From positions 576,001 to 640,000 of the forward strand of contig CAVRCI010000002.1 of the NCBI GenBank assembly GCA_963719495.1: 64,000 nt of DNA, written 5' to 3'. A program made the position numbers and the translations under genes. This document shows positions 22,301-31,337 of this stretch, in pieces. Below the pieces are notes generated by a model that worked only from the letters and a program-made list of their open reading frames with translations, searched no databases and was not told the DNA's origin. This DNA is from an uncultured Verrucomicrobiae bacterium. Lineage in GTDB: Bacteria > Verrucomicrobiota > Verrucomicrobiia > Chthoniobacterales > JAATET01. How positions within the stretch are numbered: the first letter of the stretch is position 1; every line of letters starts with the position of its first letter.

Positions 22301-22509
22301 TCCGCAGCGCCGCTGGCCAGCTCATCGGCCGAGATCCGTTTGCCGTAGCCGTCGCTGACCATCAGGTCGAAGCGAGTCATCGAGAAATACGAGATGATGA
22401 GAAACGTCACGAGCGCGATGACCGCCAGGACGGCGATCAGCGCAATCCCGCGCTGGCGCGAAGTCGGACCGCCGTCAAAGACTGGCATTGAGGGGGTAGG
22501 AGCGTTCAT
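19384..22509 (-). CDS. Large GspK/PilX-like pseudopilin (Verru_Chthon cassette protein A-like)
   Basis: RG|IALIAVLAVIALV N-terminus lacking Glu5; VGRVAYVVYD, LLDANVAG, GKININ-like GKINLNSAP, FDIIAQAG and GERRYWVHL. Confidence 0.8.
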   Translation of the reverse strand: MNAPTPSMPVFDGGPTSRQRGIALIAVLAVIALVTFLIISYFSMTRFDLMVSDGYGKRISADELASGAADVLVQEFLNEIAAGSTIDQPNSPEPVFVPKFTAGASNSKINATGALPAKFTTAAEATTFPALLRRSAASFSFPGYYDFSSIPSPQLSSSVGTEAATPSARGISKERWNKPLLMEPSAITSFTPPNWIYWTEQGPNANPSAPDVVGRVAYVVYDTSGLLDANVAGFPASSAPAPSDEEVGAKGNLIFAKLESLGSMTASQSDTFSGWRYKNLVVPSFSDFVLEWAGKGYLTPPVNNGTTSGNRFVGRQDFLDYAKSVGLPNDALPYFTTFSRAVNESSWLGPTTPTSINPTIATLRKPDGSLFRIERFPLTRLDWFNDPAAHLSEIAEHFGLVPESTGSNPWDYVWRYEQAGTATGNIATLEDVAALDRQPDFFELLRAGINEQSLGQVATDRTHTDTQYTDGSRLRHVAQIGANIIDLADENNYPIEIVFPFADPGNPARPISSYPNAARIRERINGAEDLPYISEIAAAVYRDNNGNSSTSQRAYFPVEIWNPHRAGGPAVDGPTQFRVRAHDGVGAIRRIEGPSPKYGNPYFYDSTGVSISFPSSASQFREPTMLRVTNSSTTSPNSTLGALSAIPGPDLTTDGGTGVPQNIEFYNNLSEYPNAQTPTYSLEYSVGSSWRTYQDLVGVAYRAVKSTTNATGNSTRPTSWFKGMTTIDPRTTRFGLSEGEVPSRVPDQSRQPGSLPDSSTVKGTWAKLLGSSTFAPGGGNSFGATNPTFPAGLRYSNFATNRGNGSSEDPIYRDADSVTRPGDGNFDKNVNPMEAGDDSARPLILNRNLASVGELGYAGRDLPWKTLDFFSEFSADASLLDLFSVNPEPRIAAGKINLNSAPPAVIKAVVAGVHDNPIAKQPLPLTAIDAIAAAVVSNRSDAQGGPMINKADLVTRIIGKMGDELSWINADREAPARALADVANVRTWNLMFDIIAQAGTIPPSGALTDFALQGERRYWVHLAIDRFTGEVVDLQTELVYE

Positions 22510-23299
22510 AAATTTCGACCCCAGACCGCACGGCGCGGGGCATCGTGGCCATGAAGGAGGCGTCGTCGCGCAGGCTCATCCAATACTCGCGGAAGCGTTG
22601 AGTCGGAGAGGGGTTTGCCGAGAAGTGACTGATGAAAGGATTCGTTTTTCCCGCGTCCTCGAGCTGGGAGAGCGCGTTCTCGTCGACGACGAGCAGAGTC
22701 ACGACCACGAGTCGGCAGGAAGTCGGGGCGGTGGCGTCCTCGAAATCGTAGACAAAATCATCGCGAAGCGTGCCGTCGTTTTGAACGAACTGGCAGCGAA
22801 AGAGCAGGATGCCCGGGCCAAGTTGATCGTCCTGCGGGGTGCCCGAAAATTGGGCGAATTCGAGCGCGTTTTGGAAGTAGGGGAGTGGATCAGTGTAGCC
22901 AATCGGCACGCTTTCGCGCCAGAGGCCGAGTTCCGTCGGATCGCCGGCTTGCGCGGGGTCGACGACGTGGTATTCGACGAGGGAGAGGGGGCGGTCGCCT
23001 CCGCCGGACGTCTGGGTGATGGCGCGGAGCTGGGAGTTGCCGCCCGCCGTCGGTGTCGGGAAGGCGGCGAGATCGGGGACGATGAGCGCCCGGGCCAGGT
23101 CGCCACCGATCACGTCGAGTGAGACCCGGGCCTTGCTGAAATTGTTCACCCGGGCGAACGCTGATTGCCAGCGCGCGGACACGTCGCCCGTGATGGCGGC
23201 AAGGCTGACGAGGATGATGGAGAGAATCGCGAGCGACACGACGAGTTCGATGAGCGTGAAGCCGCGACGATGCGAGCGATGAGTCGAGTGCGCCGTCAT
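22475..23299 (-). CDS. Prepilin-type N-terminal cleavage protein (GspJ-like; cassette protein C-like)
   Basis: RRG|FTLIELVVSLAILSII. Confidence 0.85.
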   Translation of the reverse strand: MTAHSTHRSHRRGFTLIELVVSLAILSIILVSLAAITGDVSARWQSAFARVNNFSKARVSLDVIGGDLARALIVPDLAAFPTPTAGGNSQLRAITQTSGGGDRPLSLVEYHVVDPAQAGDPTELGLWRESVPIGYTDPLPYFQNALEFAQFSGTPQDDQLGPGILLFRCQFVQNDGTLRDDFVYDFEDATAPTSCRLVVVTLLVVDENALSQLEDAGKTNPFISHFSANPSPTQRFREYWMSLRDDASFMATMPRAVRSGVEIYERSYPLNASL

Positions 23300-23754
23300 G
23301 GTTCGATGCGCACGGCGGTCGCCACGCGGTAGTTTGGTCGGGCGGTTGCACTGGCGGTAGCAGCCGGCCAGAAGAACCGGAGGGTCAAATAAGCCAGCTT
23401 CGAGTCGCTGCTGAGCGTGCTCGTGATCCGACAGGCCATCGTGGCGTCGGCGACGCTGCTGACGACGCCTTCGCCGTCCGCGAAGTAGAGCGTCTTCCCG
23501 GCGGTCCCGAGCGAGGGATCATTGAGAGGTGGAATTAAAAACTTCGGGTTGGGATCGACGGGTTCGTTGCGGCGCTCGGAGACCAAGCGGGTCGCCAGAT
23601 TCGCCGCCCGGATTTGCGCCGACGAGTCCCGTTCGGTTTCGATGCCGATCACGAAGATTCCAAGCAGGGATACGAGGACGAACGAGATGAGACCCAGGGC
23701 CAGCACCACTTCGATCAGGCTGAACGCCCGAGCCGTTCTCCGCCGCGGGGTCAT
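23296..23754 (-). CDS. Prepilin-type protein (GspI/PilV-like; cassette protein B-like)
   Basis: RA|FSLIEVVLALGLISFVLVSLLG..LRFFWP. Confidence 0.85.
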   Translation of the reverse strand: MTPRRRTARAFSLIEVVLALGLISFVLVSLLGIFVIGIETERDSSAQIRAANLATRLVSERRNEPVDPNPKFLIPPLNDPSLGTAGKTLYFADGEGVVSSVADATMACRITSTLSSDSKLAYLTLRFFWPAATASATARPNYRVATAVRIEP

Positions 23755-24443
23755 CAGGGCTGGGGTCGGAAGACTCGGACCTGCCCGGTGAGACCCGACA
23801 GTTGAAAAGCGGCGGGATTCGGGATGATTGCCTGATCCTTTTGCTCCTGAAATCCGAATTCCATCAGCGATGCGAAGGCGCTTCCGTTCCGAATTTGACC
23901 GGTCGGCAGGAAGGTGACGAGGCGGTCGAAGGTGTATGAATCGGCTCCCTGCTGGTAGCGGATGGTTGTATCCGAGGAAATCGCCTCGGGGCTGTTGCCG
24001 GGGCGGTTGGGAATGCTTGGGGTGTAGGAATTCCCGGCGTCGCGGAAACCAACCCCGTCCAATCGGACAATGGGACGGGCGAGCACGAGGTCGGGGTCAG
24101 TGCCGACGGTCACGCTGGCCTTCCCATCCATCGCGTCCAAGCCGGTGCGGCTCTCGAACATGATGAGGCGAACGCCTTCGCCGCTGGTGTCGAAGCCCAC
24201 GTAAACGTAGGTATTTTTCGCCGCCGCGTGGACGCGGGCGAGGTCCAGGTAGCCCGAGGTTTCGACGATGGCGCGACGGATATTCTGGCCGCGACCGACT
24301 CCGCTGAACGTGGTGATCGAGAGGCTGGCAAGGAGGGAGATGACGGCCATCACGACGAGCAGTTCGATCAGAGTGACCGCGCTACGGGAGCGATGCGGGG
24401 ATTGTCGGGTCGACGACGCGAACGATTTGCTAGCGGGGGGCAT
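23754..24443 (-). CDS. Prepilin-type protein (GspH/FimT-like; cassette protein D-like)
   Basis: SA|VTLIELLVVMAVISLL, LDLARVHAAAKNTYVYVGF, TFLPTGQ and LSGLTGQVRVFRP. Confidence 0.82.
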   Translation of the reverse strand: MPPASKSFASSTRQSPHRSRSAVTLIELLVVMAVISLLASLSITTFSGVGRGQNIRRAIVETSGYLDLARVHAAAKNTYVYVGFDTSGEGVRLIMFESRTGLDAMDGKASVTVGTDPDLVLARPIVRLDGVGFRDAGNSYTPSIPNRPGNSPEAISSDTTIRYQQGADSYTFDRLVTFLPTGQIRNGSAFASLMEFGFQEQKDQAIIPNPAAFQLSGLTGQVRVFRPQP

Positions 24444-24449
24444 GACGAG

Positions 24450-24468
24450 AAGGTATCACTAGTATCAG
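24450..24468. promoter_or_regulatory. Candidate operator (AAGGTATCACTAGTATCAG) immediately upstream of the pseudopilin cassette
   Basis: 16/19 identical to 51222-51240; related copies near other gene starts. Confidence 0.55.
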
Positions 24469-24518
24469 GCCGCGCAACAGATATTCTGCGACTTCCTTGG
24501 GAGAAAATACGGCCAGCG

Positions 24519-25748
24519 CTAGACGCTGAGTTCCTGAGAGACGGTGATGATGCGGGGGGGGGTGTCGCCGAGGTGGAAGGCTCGGGAGATGACGAGGTCG
24601 GCGAGGGCCTGGGCGACGGCGGGGAGGCGGGTGCCGACCGAGATGGGGCGGGCGTCGGCGGCGAGGAGGGGAGCGTGGAGCTCGAGCCAGTCGGCCGGGT
24701 ATTTCTCCGACCAATCCATCTCGCTCCAGTCGGCGTCGTAGCCGGTGACCTCGATCTGCCCGTGGAGCCCGAGTTCGTGGAGGGCGATGCGGACGTCGGC
24801 GGCAATGGGATCATTGATCGCCATGATGGCGGTGATCTTTTCGGCTTTGATCTTGGGGGCGAGAAGTTCGCGGTAGTAGTCGATTCGTTCGCGAGCCGGG
24901 GTTGCTTCGCCGGCCTTTCCGGTGATGGACCAGCGGTTGGCGGTGTTCGCGCGAATGCCAAATTCCAGAAGGGCTTCCCGAAACCCCTGCGATTTCTGCT
25001 CTTCGAAGAGCATGGCGGGATTGGAGACCATGCGCAGGATGCGGGAGTGGCCGGCGCGGAGGAGGTGGCGGGTGAGGGCGGACTGGCCTTGGGCGAAATC
25101 GGAGCGGACCTGATCGCACTCCGGCAGGTCGACGCCGGTGGCTAGGTAGACGACGCGGAGGCCCCGGCGGGCGCAGGCGCCGATGTCTTTCATGACGGAT
25201 TCTTCGATGAACTCCGGGCTGGCGAAGACGGCGACGCTGGCGCGCATGATCTCGGCTTCCGCGATGCGCTCGCGGAGGAGGCCCTGCTGGATGGAGGGAT
25301 TGGAGTAGTTGAATTGAACCGGGCTGATCGTGAGACGAAGTCCCGGGTGGTGGCTCAAGGCCCAGAGCAACCATTTTTCGATGGCAGGAAGGAGATGCTG
25401 GTCCTTCGACGGGGGCTGCTGGAGGTCGGGTTGGGTGATCGTCGTGATGAGGTCGATATTGGGCCGGCTGCGGACGAACGCGTGGGTCGATCCACGGGCG
25501 AGGACACGCACGCCGGAACCGTGAATTTTTGCGACGATGCCTTCCTCGGCGAGTTGATCGAGCGCGCCGTGGACGGGGGAAATGCTCGTCTGGAACGTGC
25601 GCGCGAGGTCACGGGTCGAAGGGAGAAAATCGCCGACCTGCCATTCTTCGCGGGAAATTTTCGCGGAGAGATATTCGTACAGTTGCTGCTGGAGACTTCC
25701 GCCCGGGGAGGACTGGAGGCGCCTGAGAGCGGATGAGGGTTCCTTCAC
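24519..25748 (-). CDS. GntR-family wHTH regulator with LacI-type sugar-binding domain (AraR-like architecture)
   Basis: WQVGDFLPSTRDLARTFQTSISPVHGALDQLAEEGIVAKIHGSG; C-terminal TAIMAINDPIA, VTGYD; GTG start at 25748. Confidence 0.88.
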   Translation of the reverse strand: MKEPSSALRRLQSSPGGSLQQQLYEYLSAKISREEWQVGDFLPSTRDLARTFQTSISPVHGALDQLAEEGIVAKIHGSGVRVLARGSTHAFVRSRPNIDLITTITQPDLQQPPSKDQHLLPAIEKWLLWALSHHPGLRLTISPVQFNYSNPSIQQGLLRERIAEAEIMRASVAVFASPEFIEESVMKDIGACARRGLRVVYLATGVDLPECDQVRSDFAQGQSALTRHLLRAGHSRILRMVSNPAMLFEEQKSQGFREALLEFGIRANTANRWSITGKAGEATPARERIDYYRELLAPKIKAEKITAIMAINDPIAADVRIALHELGLHGQIEVTGYDADWSEMDWSEKYPADWLELHAPLLAADARPISVGTRLPAVAQALADLVISRAFHLGDTPPRIITVSQELSV

Positions 25749-25837
25749 GTTCGGACGGATCCTAGGGTATTCCGTTGTTTCAGGAAAGAATGAAGCGGGT
25801 GCGGCGAGGGAGGCGCGAATCGGCCGTGAGATTTCTT

Positions 25838-26290
25838 TTAGAAGTCGGCGGTCTGCTCTTCTTCGGTGGCGAAGGTGACGCCGCGGATGTCGGCGATGGC
25901 GCAGGCATTGAGGACGTCGACGATGCGCTGGTGCTCGACTCCGTCCTTGGCGTCGAGCGTGACGAGGGCGTCGGCTCGGTTGGCGTCGGACATTTCCTTG
26001 AAGCGCCGGAGCACGGTGACGAGTTCGGGGAGTTCGCTGGCGGTCGGGGAGTCGAGCGGGGTGTCGTTGAGGAGCACCTGGCCGCCGGGTGCGATGACGA
26101 GGCGTTGCTCGTCGGGGATGTCGAGGGATTGCTCCTGGGCGACGGTGCCGGGGAGCGAGAGCCCGACGTCGCTCTCGGGGGTGATCGGCTTGGCGGTGAC
26201 GAGGAAGAAGACGAGGAGCAGGAAGACGATGTCGATGAGGGGTCCCATCGGGATTTCGCAAGTGAGGGCGGCGTGGCGGCGGGGTTGCAT
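25838..26290 (-). CDS. exbD: Biopolymer transporter ExbD/TolR
   Basis: IPMGPLIDIVFLLLVFFLVT transmembrane helix with conserved Asp. Confidence 0.9.
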   Translation of the reverse strand: MQPRRHAALTCEIPMGPLIDIVFLLLVFFLVTAKPITPESDVGLSLPGTVAQEQSLDIPDEQRLVIAPGGQVLLNDTPLDSPTASELPELVTVLRRFKEMSDANRADALVTLDAKDGVEHQRIVDVLNACAIADIRGVTFATEEEQTADF

Positions 26291-26300
26291 GGCGGTTCTC

Positions 26301-26708
26301 CTACTGGCGGTAGCTACCAAAGATGACGTCGATGGCCCCGGCTTCGGCGCAGGCTTTCATGACGGGCTTGATGACGGAGGAGTCGGTGGTGGCGGCGGCG
26401 CGGATGTAGATGCGGAGGGGCGGGTTGGCGTCGAGGCGGCGCTTGAGGTAGGCGCGGAGCTCCTGGAGGTTGACCTGATCGTCACCGGCGAAAATTTGCC
26501 CCTCGCTGTCGATGTTGAGGATTTCGCGACCGCTGATGTCTTCGGGGGTGACGGCGGCGGAGGCGGTGGGGAGTTTGATCTCCATCTTGAGCTGCTCGCT
26601 GGTGATCTTGGTGGTGACCATGAAGAAGATGAGCAGCAGAAACGTCATGTCGATCATGGGGGCGAGCTGGAACCCCATTTCGATGTTTTTGTCGCGCTCG
26701 GGCTGCAT
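26301..26708 (-). CDS. exbD: Biopolymer transporter ExbD/TolR
   Basis: FQLAPMIDMTFLLLIFFMVT, IKLPTA, IYIRA. Confidence 0.9.
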   Translation of the reverse strand: MQPERDKNIEMGFQLAPMIDMTFLLLIFFMVTTKITSEQLKMEIKLPTASAAVTPEDISGREILNIDSEGQIFAGDDQVNLQELRAYLKRRLDANPPLRIYIRAAATTDSSVIKPVMKACAEAGAIDVIFGSYRQ

Positions 26709-26711
26709 GGT

Positions 26712-27593
26712 TTAGGCGGGTGGGTTTTCGTCGGCGGGGGTTTCGGTCGGCGCGTCGGCGACGGGTGTTTCCGCGGTTGGGGTCTCCTCGGCCATGGGGG
26801 CGTTCTCGGTGCCGAGGGTGACGTGGCCGGTGAGCAGGTCGAACGCGACGGTTAGAGCCTTGCCGATGTCGCCGACGGCGGTCTGGAGATTATTTCGGTA
26901 GATGAAGTAGAGGAACATGGCGGGAATACCGACGATGAGACCGCCGGCGGTGGTGACCATCGCGACGCCGATGCCGCCGGCGAGGTCGGAGGGTTCGGAG
27001 CGACCGGACGCGAGCATGTTGAAGGCTTGGATCATGCCGGTGACGGTGCCGAGGAGACCGAGCATGGGTGCGACCGTGGCGAAGACGTTGAGGTAGTTGA
27101 TCCAATAGACGAGGCGGCCTTCCTCGTGGATGAGGGTGTCGGTGGAGGCTCGCTCCATGTCGGCGCGGGCGAATTGGGGGGCTTCGAGGTCGACGCGGAT
27201 CAGGCCGCCCGCGAGGCTGTTCGTGAGGACGCTGGGGTGCTGCTGGCAGATGGCGAAGGCGGCCTGGAGGTCGCGCTGGGCCATCTGGGAATTGATCTGC
27301 GGGATGATTTCCTTCGGCATGAGACGGCGGCGGCTGATGCGGATGCCGGCGTAAACGGCGACGGCGATGGTGCCAATCGAGCAAAGCGCGATGGGATACA
27401 TGAGGAGGCCGCCCTGGACGAAGAGGTCGAGGAGGGAGATGTCGCCGGGAGGTGGCGCGGTGGCCGTGGCGCCGGCGGCGGAATCGGGCGGGGTGTCCTG
27501 CGCGAGGGCGAGGAACGGGGTGACGAGCAGCAGCGCAAAGGCGAGGAGGGTGGGGCGGAGTGGATGCATGGCGTGGGTGGAATGAGGTCTCAT
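26712..27593 (-). CDS. exbB: MotA/TolQ/ExbB proton channel protein
   Basis: GGLLMYPI, APMLGLLGTVTGMIQAF, AMVTTAGGLIVGIPA. Confidence 0.92.
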   Translation of the reverse strand: MRPHSTHAMHPLRPTLLAFALLLVTPFLALAQDTPPDSAAGATATAPPPGDISLLDLFVQGGLLMYPIALCSIGTIAVAVYAGIRISRRRLMPKEIIPQINSQMAQRDLQAAFAICQQHPSVLTNSLAGGLIRVDLEAPQFARADMERASTDTLIHEEGRLVYWINYLNVFATVAPMLGLLGTVTGMIQAFNMLASGRSEPSDLAGGIGVAMVTTAGGLIVGIPAMFLYFIYRNNLQTAVGDIGKALTVAFDLLTGHVTLGTENAPMAEETPTAETPVADAPTETPADENPPA

Positions 27594-28540
27594 GATTTTT
27601 CGGATTCGGCGGTGGGTTCTTTGGGAGTGAGCTCGGTGGCGATGGCTTGGGCTTCCTTCTGGAAGGGCGTGGTCGGATACCAATCCAGAATCTCGCGGGC
27701 GTAGGAGAGGGCGCGTTCGTCGTCGCCGAGGTAGCGCTCGATCTCGGCGGCTTGGAGGAGTCCTTCGGCGGCGCGTTCTTCGTTCTCCGGGAAGAGGACG
27801 GCGGGCGTGAGGTAGCCGTCGAGGGCGGAGTCGGTGAGTTCCAGTCGTTCGCGGCGCTTCTCGGGCATGAGGTGCCACTTTGGCCAATCGAGGTCGAGCT
27901 GGCGTAGGCGCTGCCAGGCGTCGGTGGCGCGGGTGAAGGTCGCGAGGATGCGGGCGGAGGCGAGGGCCTCGCGGTTGGCTCCGCCGATGTCCTCGCCCAC
28001 GGTGTCGAGTTTCTGCGCGAGATCGAGGGCTTCCTCGGTGCGTCCGAGACGGATGAGGGCGATGGCGGTGAGGCCGGTGATCTCGGGGGCGGCCGAGGGA
28101 TCGACGGCGATGAGTTTTTCCAGCTCGGGCTGGAGGTCGAGGATGCGCTGGGCGGAGGTACTGCCTTCGGTAAGGGCGAGCGCGTTGAGGTAGGCGAGGG
28201 CGGCGGTCGAGGCTCCGGTGTCGACGACTCCGATGAAGGGGCGGTGCCGGGCCCAGAGGCGCGCGAGGTCGTCGGCGTTGGTCGCGGAGGGATTGGCGAG
28301 GGCGTCGCTAAGGGAAGGCGCGAGGGTGAAGGCGACTTGCTTGACGCGGTCGGCTGGGACGTTGAGTTCGACCCGGCCGGCGCTGACCTGCTGCGCGACG
28401 CGGATGCCGGTGCCGCGCACGCCGAGGACGTCGCCTTCCTCCCGTTTGCCGTCCTGGTAAAGGACGACGTCGGCGCGGGCGAACGCGGCAGCGGTGAGCG
28501 CGATGACGGTGAAGGTGATGGGCGGGAATCGGCGAATCAT
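27590..28540 (-). CDS. Secreted hypothetical protein with C-terminal TPR-like helices
   Basis: Signal peptide; AAEGLLQAAEI..AREILDWYP; 4 bp overlaps with both neighbours. Confidence 0.65.
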   Translation of the reverse strand: MIRRFPPITFTVIALTAAAFARADVVLYQDGKREEGDVLGVRGTGIRVAQQVSAGRVELNVPADRVKQVAFTLAPSLSDALANPSATNADDLARLWARHRPFIGVVDTGASTAALAYLNALALTEGSTSAQRILDLQPELEKLIAVDPSAAPEITGLTAIALIRLGRTEEALDLAQKLDTVGEDIGGANREALASARILATFTRATDAWQRLRQLDLDWPKWHLMPEKRRERLELTDSALDGYLTPAVLFPENEERAAEGLLQAAEIERYLGDDERALSYAREILDWYPTTPFQKEAQAIATELTPKEPTAESEKS

Positions 28541-31329
28541 GGCTCGACGGGGGCGGGGGCGTCCGGCATTTCGCGGCGGACTTCGAGGTATTCCGGAGTG
28601 TCCTCGAGGTGCGAGTGCTCGAGGAATTCGCGGCGGGTGCGGTCCGCTTCCTCAGAGCGGCCCAGGGCGTCGAAACCGCGGGCGCTGGCGGCGTAGGCGT
28701 GGGCGACCTGTTTGTCGTAGCGACCGTAGAGGACGTAGACGCGTTGATAATAGGGGATGGCAAGCTCCCAATTGTTGGCGGCGGCGTGGAGATCGCCGAT
28801 GCGAACGAGGGCGTCAACGGTCGGTTCGCCGCGGGCTTCGGGGAGGGTGAGGATGCGCTCGAGGGTGGCGAGGGCTTCGTCGGGGCGGTCGGTTTCCGCG
28901 AAGAGGGTGGCGCGGGCGTCGAGGACGTCGGGGAGTAGCGCGGAGGTGAGGATGTTTTTTTCGAATTGGTCGAAGTAGCGGAGGGCGGTCGCGGTGTCGC
29001 CGGATTCGGCGGCCACGAGTCCGAGGGACGCGTAGGCGCGGTCGAGTTGGAGCGAACGGGGCCACCAAGAGAGGATGGTCTGGTAGGCTGTGGTGGCTCG
29101 GTCGGTCTTGTTGGTTTCGCGGAGGCGGTCGGCGACATCGGCGAGTACGACGGGCGGCATGGAGCGGAAGGGGACGCTGGAGGCGATCTGATCGAGAAAC
29201 TTCGTGGCGCCGGAATCAGGGTCGCGCCGACCGACGCGCCAGCCGATCCAGGCGAGGCGGGCTTCGAGGGTGGCGGATTTTTTTTCGCGCGCGGCGACGA
29301 GCTCGGTGCGGACGCGGAGTTGGAATTTTTCGAGTTGGTCCTCGGAGGCGTAGAGTTTGGCGGTGGCTTCGAGGAGATCTTCGACGCCGAGTTTGTCGGG
29401 GTCGTCGCCGTAGCGCGCCACGGCGTCCCAATACATTTCGCGGGCGGCGTCGGTGTCGCCGTCGCGACGGAGCAGCGAGGCGAGGTTGCCGAGGGCTTCG
29501 GCGACGCGGGGGCTGTCGGGCCGGCTCTCGATGAATTGCTGGTAAAGCTTGGTTGCGGCGTCGAAATCCTCGAGCGCCCGGAGGGTGCGCCCAATTCGGA
29601 AGACGGCGTAGTCGTAGACGGTGGGGTCGTGGCGGGTGGTACGAGGGAAGACTTGCAGCGCTTCCTGGGCCCGGGCGGTGGCGAGGTAGGCGTCCCCGAG
29701 GAGGTTGTTGGATTCGTCGGCGAGCTGCGGCTGGGGATTGGTCGCGCGGAAGGCTTTGAGTTCCTCGATGGCGGCGGGGTAGTCCTTGAGGCGGAAGAGG
29801 CAGTAGGCGCGGCGGTATTGGCTGTCGGAGGCGTGCGGGCCGTCGGGGAATTGCTCGAGGTAGCGGGCGTGCTGGGCGCGGGCGTCTTCGAAACGGAGTG
29901 CGTAGAGGAGCGCCATTCCTTTCCAGTAGGTGATTTGGCCGTCGTCGCCGTCCTTTGGGAAGAGGCGCGCGTGCTCGTCGAAGAGGGCGATGGCTTCTTC
30001 GTTGCGGTCGAGCATCATGAGCGTGTAGGCGGCGAGGAAATGGCAGCGCGCGGCGAGCGGGCCGTCGGGGTATTCCTTGGCCACGCGCTGGTAGATGGTG
30101 ATGGCTTGATCAAGCTGGCCGAGCTGAGCGGCGGCTTCGGCTTGGAGGTAGAGCGTCTCGGGGACAATGTCGTTCTTGGGGAAACGTTCGATGAACGCGG
30201 TGGCCGTGTCGTAGAGCGCGGCCCAACTGGACATCCGAGCGTAGCAATTAAGGAGCTGGTAGTAGGCTCCGGTGAGGACTTCGCTGTCGGGGAGACGGGC
30301 GACGGAGTTGGCGAGCAGAATGGCGGCTTCGCGGTCGCGGCCGAGCTGGACGTAGGCGTCGGCCTCGCGGAGGGCGAGCGCGGTGTCGTAGTCGGTGGCT
30401 CCTTCGATGGTGGCGATGTCGTCACTGACCTCGTCCGAAAGGCGCTCGAGGCGCTTCTTTTCCGCCAGGACGGCGGGGTTGCGGATGTCCGCCTTTGCGG
30501 CTTGTTCGAGCGCGGTGCGGAGTTCTTCGGCGACGGAGCGCTGACGGTAGAGGAGGCGGTTGCGCGACCAGATTCGCTGGAGGACGGCGAGCGCGCGGCG
30601 GGGTTCGCCCGACGCGAGGAGGTGATCGGCGAGGGAGGAGGCGAGCAGGTGGAAGGCGGAAATGCGGACGACGCCGGGCCGGTCCGTGTCGTAGGATCGC
30701 ACGAGGGTCTCGGCTTCCTCGTAGTTCTCGGACTCGAGGAGGGCTTGGAGGTAGAGAGCGGTCGCCTGGCTGTCGATGTCCGGGCGCAGCTTGCCGAGGA
30801 GCGGCTTGAGCAGGGTGGCGGCGTCAACGAACTCGCTAGCTTGGGCGAGGGCGACGGCGGAGAGGAAGCGCGCCTGGTCGGCGTTGGGGTCTTTTGGAAA
30901 GCGGGTGAGGAAATCGCTGAGAACGCGTTGGCTTTCCTCGAATTTCCCGGTTTGGAGGAGGGCGGTGCCGAGGGCAAATCCGACCGTGGCCGACTCGTTG
31001 GCGGTCGGGTATTTTCGCCAATGCTGATCGAGGGTCTTGATGCCGCCGGCGACATCGCCCGCGCCGAGTTGCGAGAGGCCGTAGACGTAGAGAAAGCGGT
31101 CGGGGCGGTCGACCTTGTGGTCGGGTTTCTCGAGTTCTTTAGCGACTTCGGCAAACAGCGGGTTGGCTTCGGCGAAGCGTCCGGCCTGGTAGGCCCCGTA
31201 TCCGCGGAAGAGGAGTTCGCTCGTGTTCATGCGGCTCACGTCCCGCTCCTGCGCCGGGGAGGGAAGGGGCGCGAGGGAGACGAGCGCGGCAATCCCGGCG
31301 AACGCGACGAATGAGGGTTTGCGGAACAT
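28537..31329 (-). CDS. Large periplasmic tetratricopeptide-repeat protein (~930 aa)
   Basis: Signal peptide from ATG 31329 (MFRKPSFVAF); many TPR units ending FP/YP (FLTRFP, FIERFP, VAKEYP, YLEQFP); AIPYYQRVYVLY. Confidence 0.88.
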   Translation of the reverse strand: MFRKPSFVAFAGIAALVSLAPLPSPAQERDVSRMNTSELLFRGYGAYQAGRFAEANPLFAEVAKELEKPDHKVDRPDRFLYVYGLSQLGAGDVAGGIKTLDQHWRKYPTANESATVGFALGTALLQTGKFEESQRVLSDFLTRFPKDPNADQARFLSAVALAQASEFVDAATLLKPLLGKLRPDIDSQATALYLQALLESENYEEAETLVRSYDTDRPGVVRISAFHLLASSLADHLLASGEPRRALAVLQRIWSRNRLLYRQRSVAEELRTALEQAAKADIRNPAVLAEKKRLERLSDEVSDDIATIEGATDYDTALALREADAYVQLGRDREAAILLANSVARLPDSEVLTGAYYQLLNCYARMSSWAALYDTATAFIERFPKNDIVPETLYLQAEAAAQLGQLDQAITIYQRVAKEYPDGPLAARCHFLAAYTLMMLDRNEEAIALFDEHARLFPKDGDDGQITYWKGMALLYALRFEDARAQHARYLEQFPDGPHASDSQYRRAYCLFRLKDYPAAIEELKAFRATNPQPQLADESNNLLGDAYLATARAQEALQVFPRTTRHDPTVYDYAVFRIGRTLRALEDFDAATKLYQQFIESRPDSPRVAEALGNLASLLRRDGDTDAAREMYWDAVARYGDDPDKLGVEDLLEATAKLYASEDQLEKFQLRVRTELVAAREKKSATLEARLAWIGWRVGRRDPDSGATKFLDQIASSVPFRSMPPVVLADVADRLRETNKTDRATTAYQTILSWWPRSLQLDRAYASLGLVAAESGDTATALRYFDQFEKNILTSALLPDVLDARATLFAETDRPDEALATLERILTLPEARGEPTVDALVRIGDLHAAANNWELAIPYYQRVYVLYGRYDKQVAHAYAASARGFDALGRSEEADRTRREFLEHSHLEDTPEYLEVRREMPDAPAPVEP

Positions 31330-31337
31330 TCGTCGGA

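Noticed and set aside
25749..26261. N-terminal extension of the GntR ORF
   Set aside because: Overlaps exbD; the wHTH domain begins just after GTG 25748
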